Shown one piece after another: positions 63,149 through 64,000 of a DNA stretch of 64,000 nucleotides. Source of the stretch: Nitrospirota bacterium (lineage in GTDB: Bacteria; Nitrospirota; UBA9217); the NCBI GenBank assembly GCA_963740085.1, contig CAVUCU010000005.1, positions 288,001-352,000 of the forward strand, in the 5' to 3' direction. How positions within the stretch are numbered: position 1 is the first letter of the stretch; every line of letters begins with the position of its first letter. Made by a program: the position numbers and the translations under genes. The notes below the pieces were generated by a model. The model saw nothing but the letters and a program-made list of their open reading frames with translations. It was not told the origin of the DNA and did no database searches.

Positions 63149-64000
63149 ATGAATAATAGCCTAAAACACCAACCCTTCGACATAAAACCCGCAAGCCCCG
63201 GCATCATCCCCCCGTGCCCCGTTGCCCCGGACGCGCTCATCGGCATACCACGGCAGCAGACCAACCCTGCCCGCTGGGAGGGAGACGGCTGGCAGGCCTT
63301 TGTGGCGGACCTTGCCGCGAAGGGGATCGACATTGACGAGCAGAAGGTCGCGCGCACGCTGTACGTGACTGACTCGGGTGGCATGGCCTATGGCCTGCCG
63401 CGCGGCGTGCTGATCGCACGCACGACCGGGATGGTGGCCGAGGTCATGGCTGCCGCGCAGAGGCATCACGTGCCGGTGACCGTGCGCGGAGGCGGACTCA
63501 CGACCGAGGGAGAGACCGTTTCGTTCGGCGGACTGCAGCTGGACATGCGCGGCATGAGCCGCGTTATCGCGATCGACAAAGTCAATATGGCCGTGCGCTG
63601 CGAAGCCGGGATCTACTGGCATTCGCTCGCGGAATCCCTGCGCAGACAGGGTCTGGATTACCTTTCCGCCCCCTTGAACATGACCGCCTCGGTCGGCGGC
63701 ACGCTCGGAGTCGGCGGCATTGACATCAACTCCCCGCGCCTTGGCTGCAGCGCGGACCAGACACTGGCGATCAAGATCGTAACGCCCACCGGCGAGATCC
63801 TGGAATGCTCCGAACAGGAAAATACCTGGTGGTTCAACCGCGTCCTGCTCGGCTACGGCCAGTTCGGAATCATCACGGAGGCCACGCTCCGCATCCGGCC
63901 CTTTACCCCGCTCACGATGCATTATTTCTATTACGGCGATCTGCTCACGGCCATGGAAGATCTGGTCATGCTCTGCGACGAGGACGCCGCGGACTACACC
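63149..64000 (+). CDS. FAD-binding (VAO/PCMH family) oxidoreductase, truncated by window end
   Basis: Manual translation: VTVRGGGLTTEG, CEAGIYW, ASVGGTLGVGG, GYGQFGIITEA. Confidence 0.85.
   Translation, partial: MNNSLKHQPFDIKPASPGIIPPCPVAPDALIGIPRQQTNPARWEGDGWQAFVADLAAKGIDIDEQKVARTLYVTDSGGMAYGLPRGVLIARTTGMVAEVMAAAQRHHVPVTVRGGGLTTEGETVSFGGLQLDMRGMSRVIAIDKVNMAVRCEAGIYWHSLAESLRRQGLDYLSAPLNMTASVGGTLGVGGIDINSPRLGCSADQTLAIKIVTPTGEILECSEQENTWWFNRVLLGYGQFGIITEATLRIRPFTPLTMHYFYYGDLLTAMEDLVMLCDEDAADYT

Overview
A 64-kb, moderately GC-rich chromosomal window from an anaerobic sulfur-cycling bacterium; gene style and order suggest Nitrospirota or Desulfobacterota, which is inference. In order it carries: the atpF'FHAGD part of the ATP synthase operon; uvrA, nadB, a glutaredoxin/FTR pair and guaA; a dissimilatory sulfate-activation block (adk-sat-aprBA-qmoABC-CBS-hppA); an MFS/ChrB-domain pair with a displaced duplicate 3' end bracketing an HD-GYP insert; the mercury-methylation genes hgcAB; a chromosomal integron about 0.7 kb from hgcA (long-N-terminus IntI, back-to-back promoters, putative attI, three clear attC sites, cassettes encoding DUF2267, DUF4238 and hicBA, plus decayed cassettes); housekeeping and accessory genes; and a plant-like thrC / cystathionine gamma-synthase pair. 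Intergenic DNA is full of modular palindromic elements built from 7-bp or 9-bp periodic repeats, some inside ~20-25 bp MITE-like ends, and one heptamer array is translated in frame inside guaA. No rRNA, tRNA or CRISPR array was seen. All family assignments come from reading motifs by eye; no searches were run.
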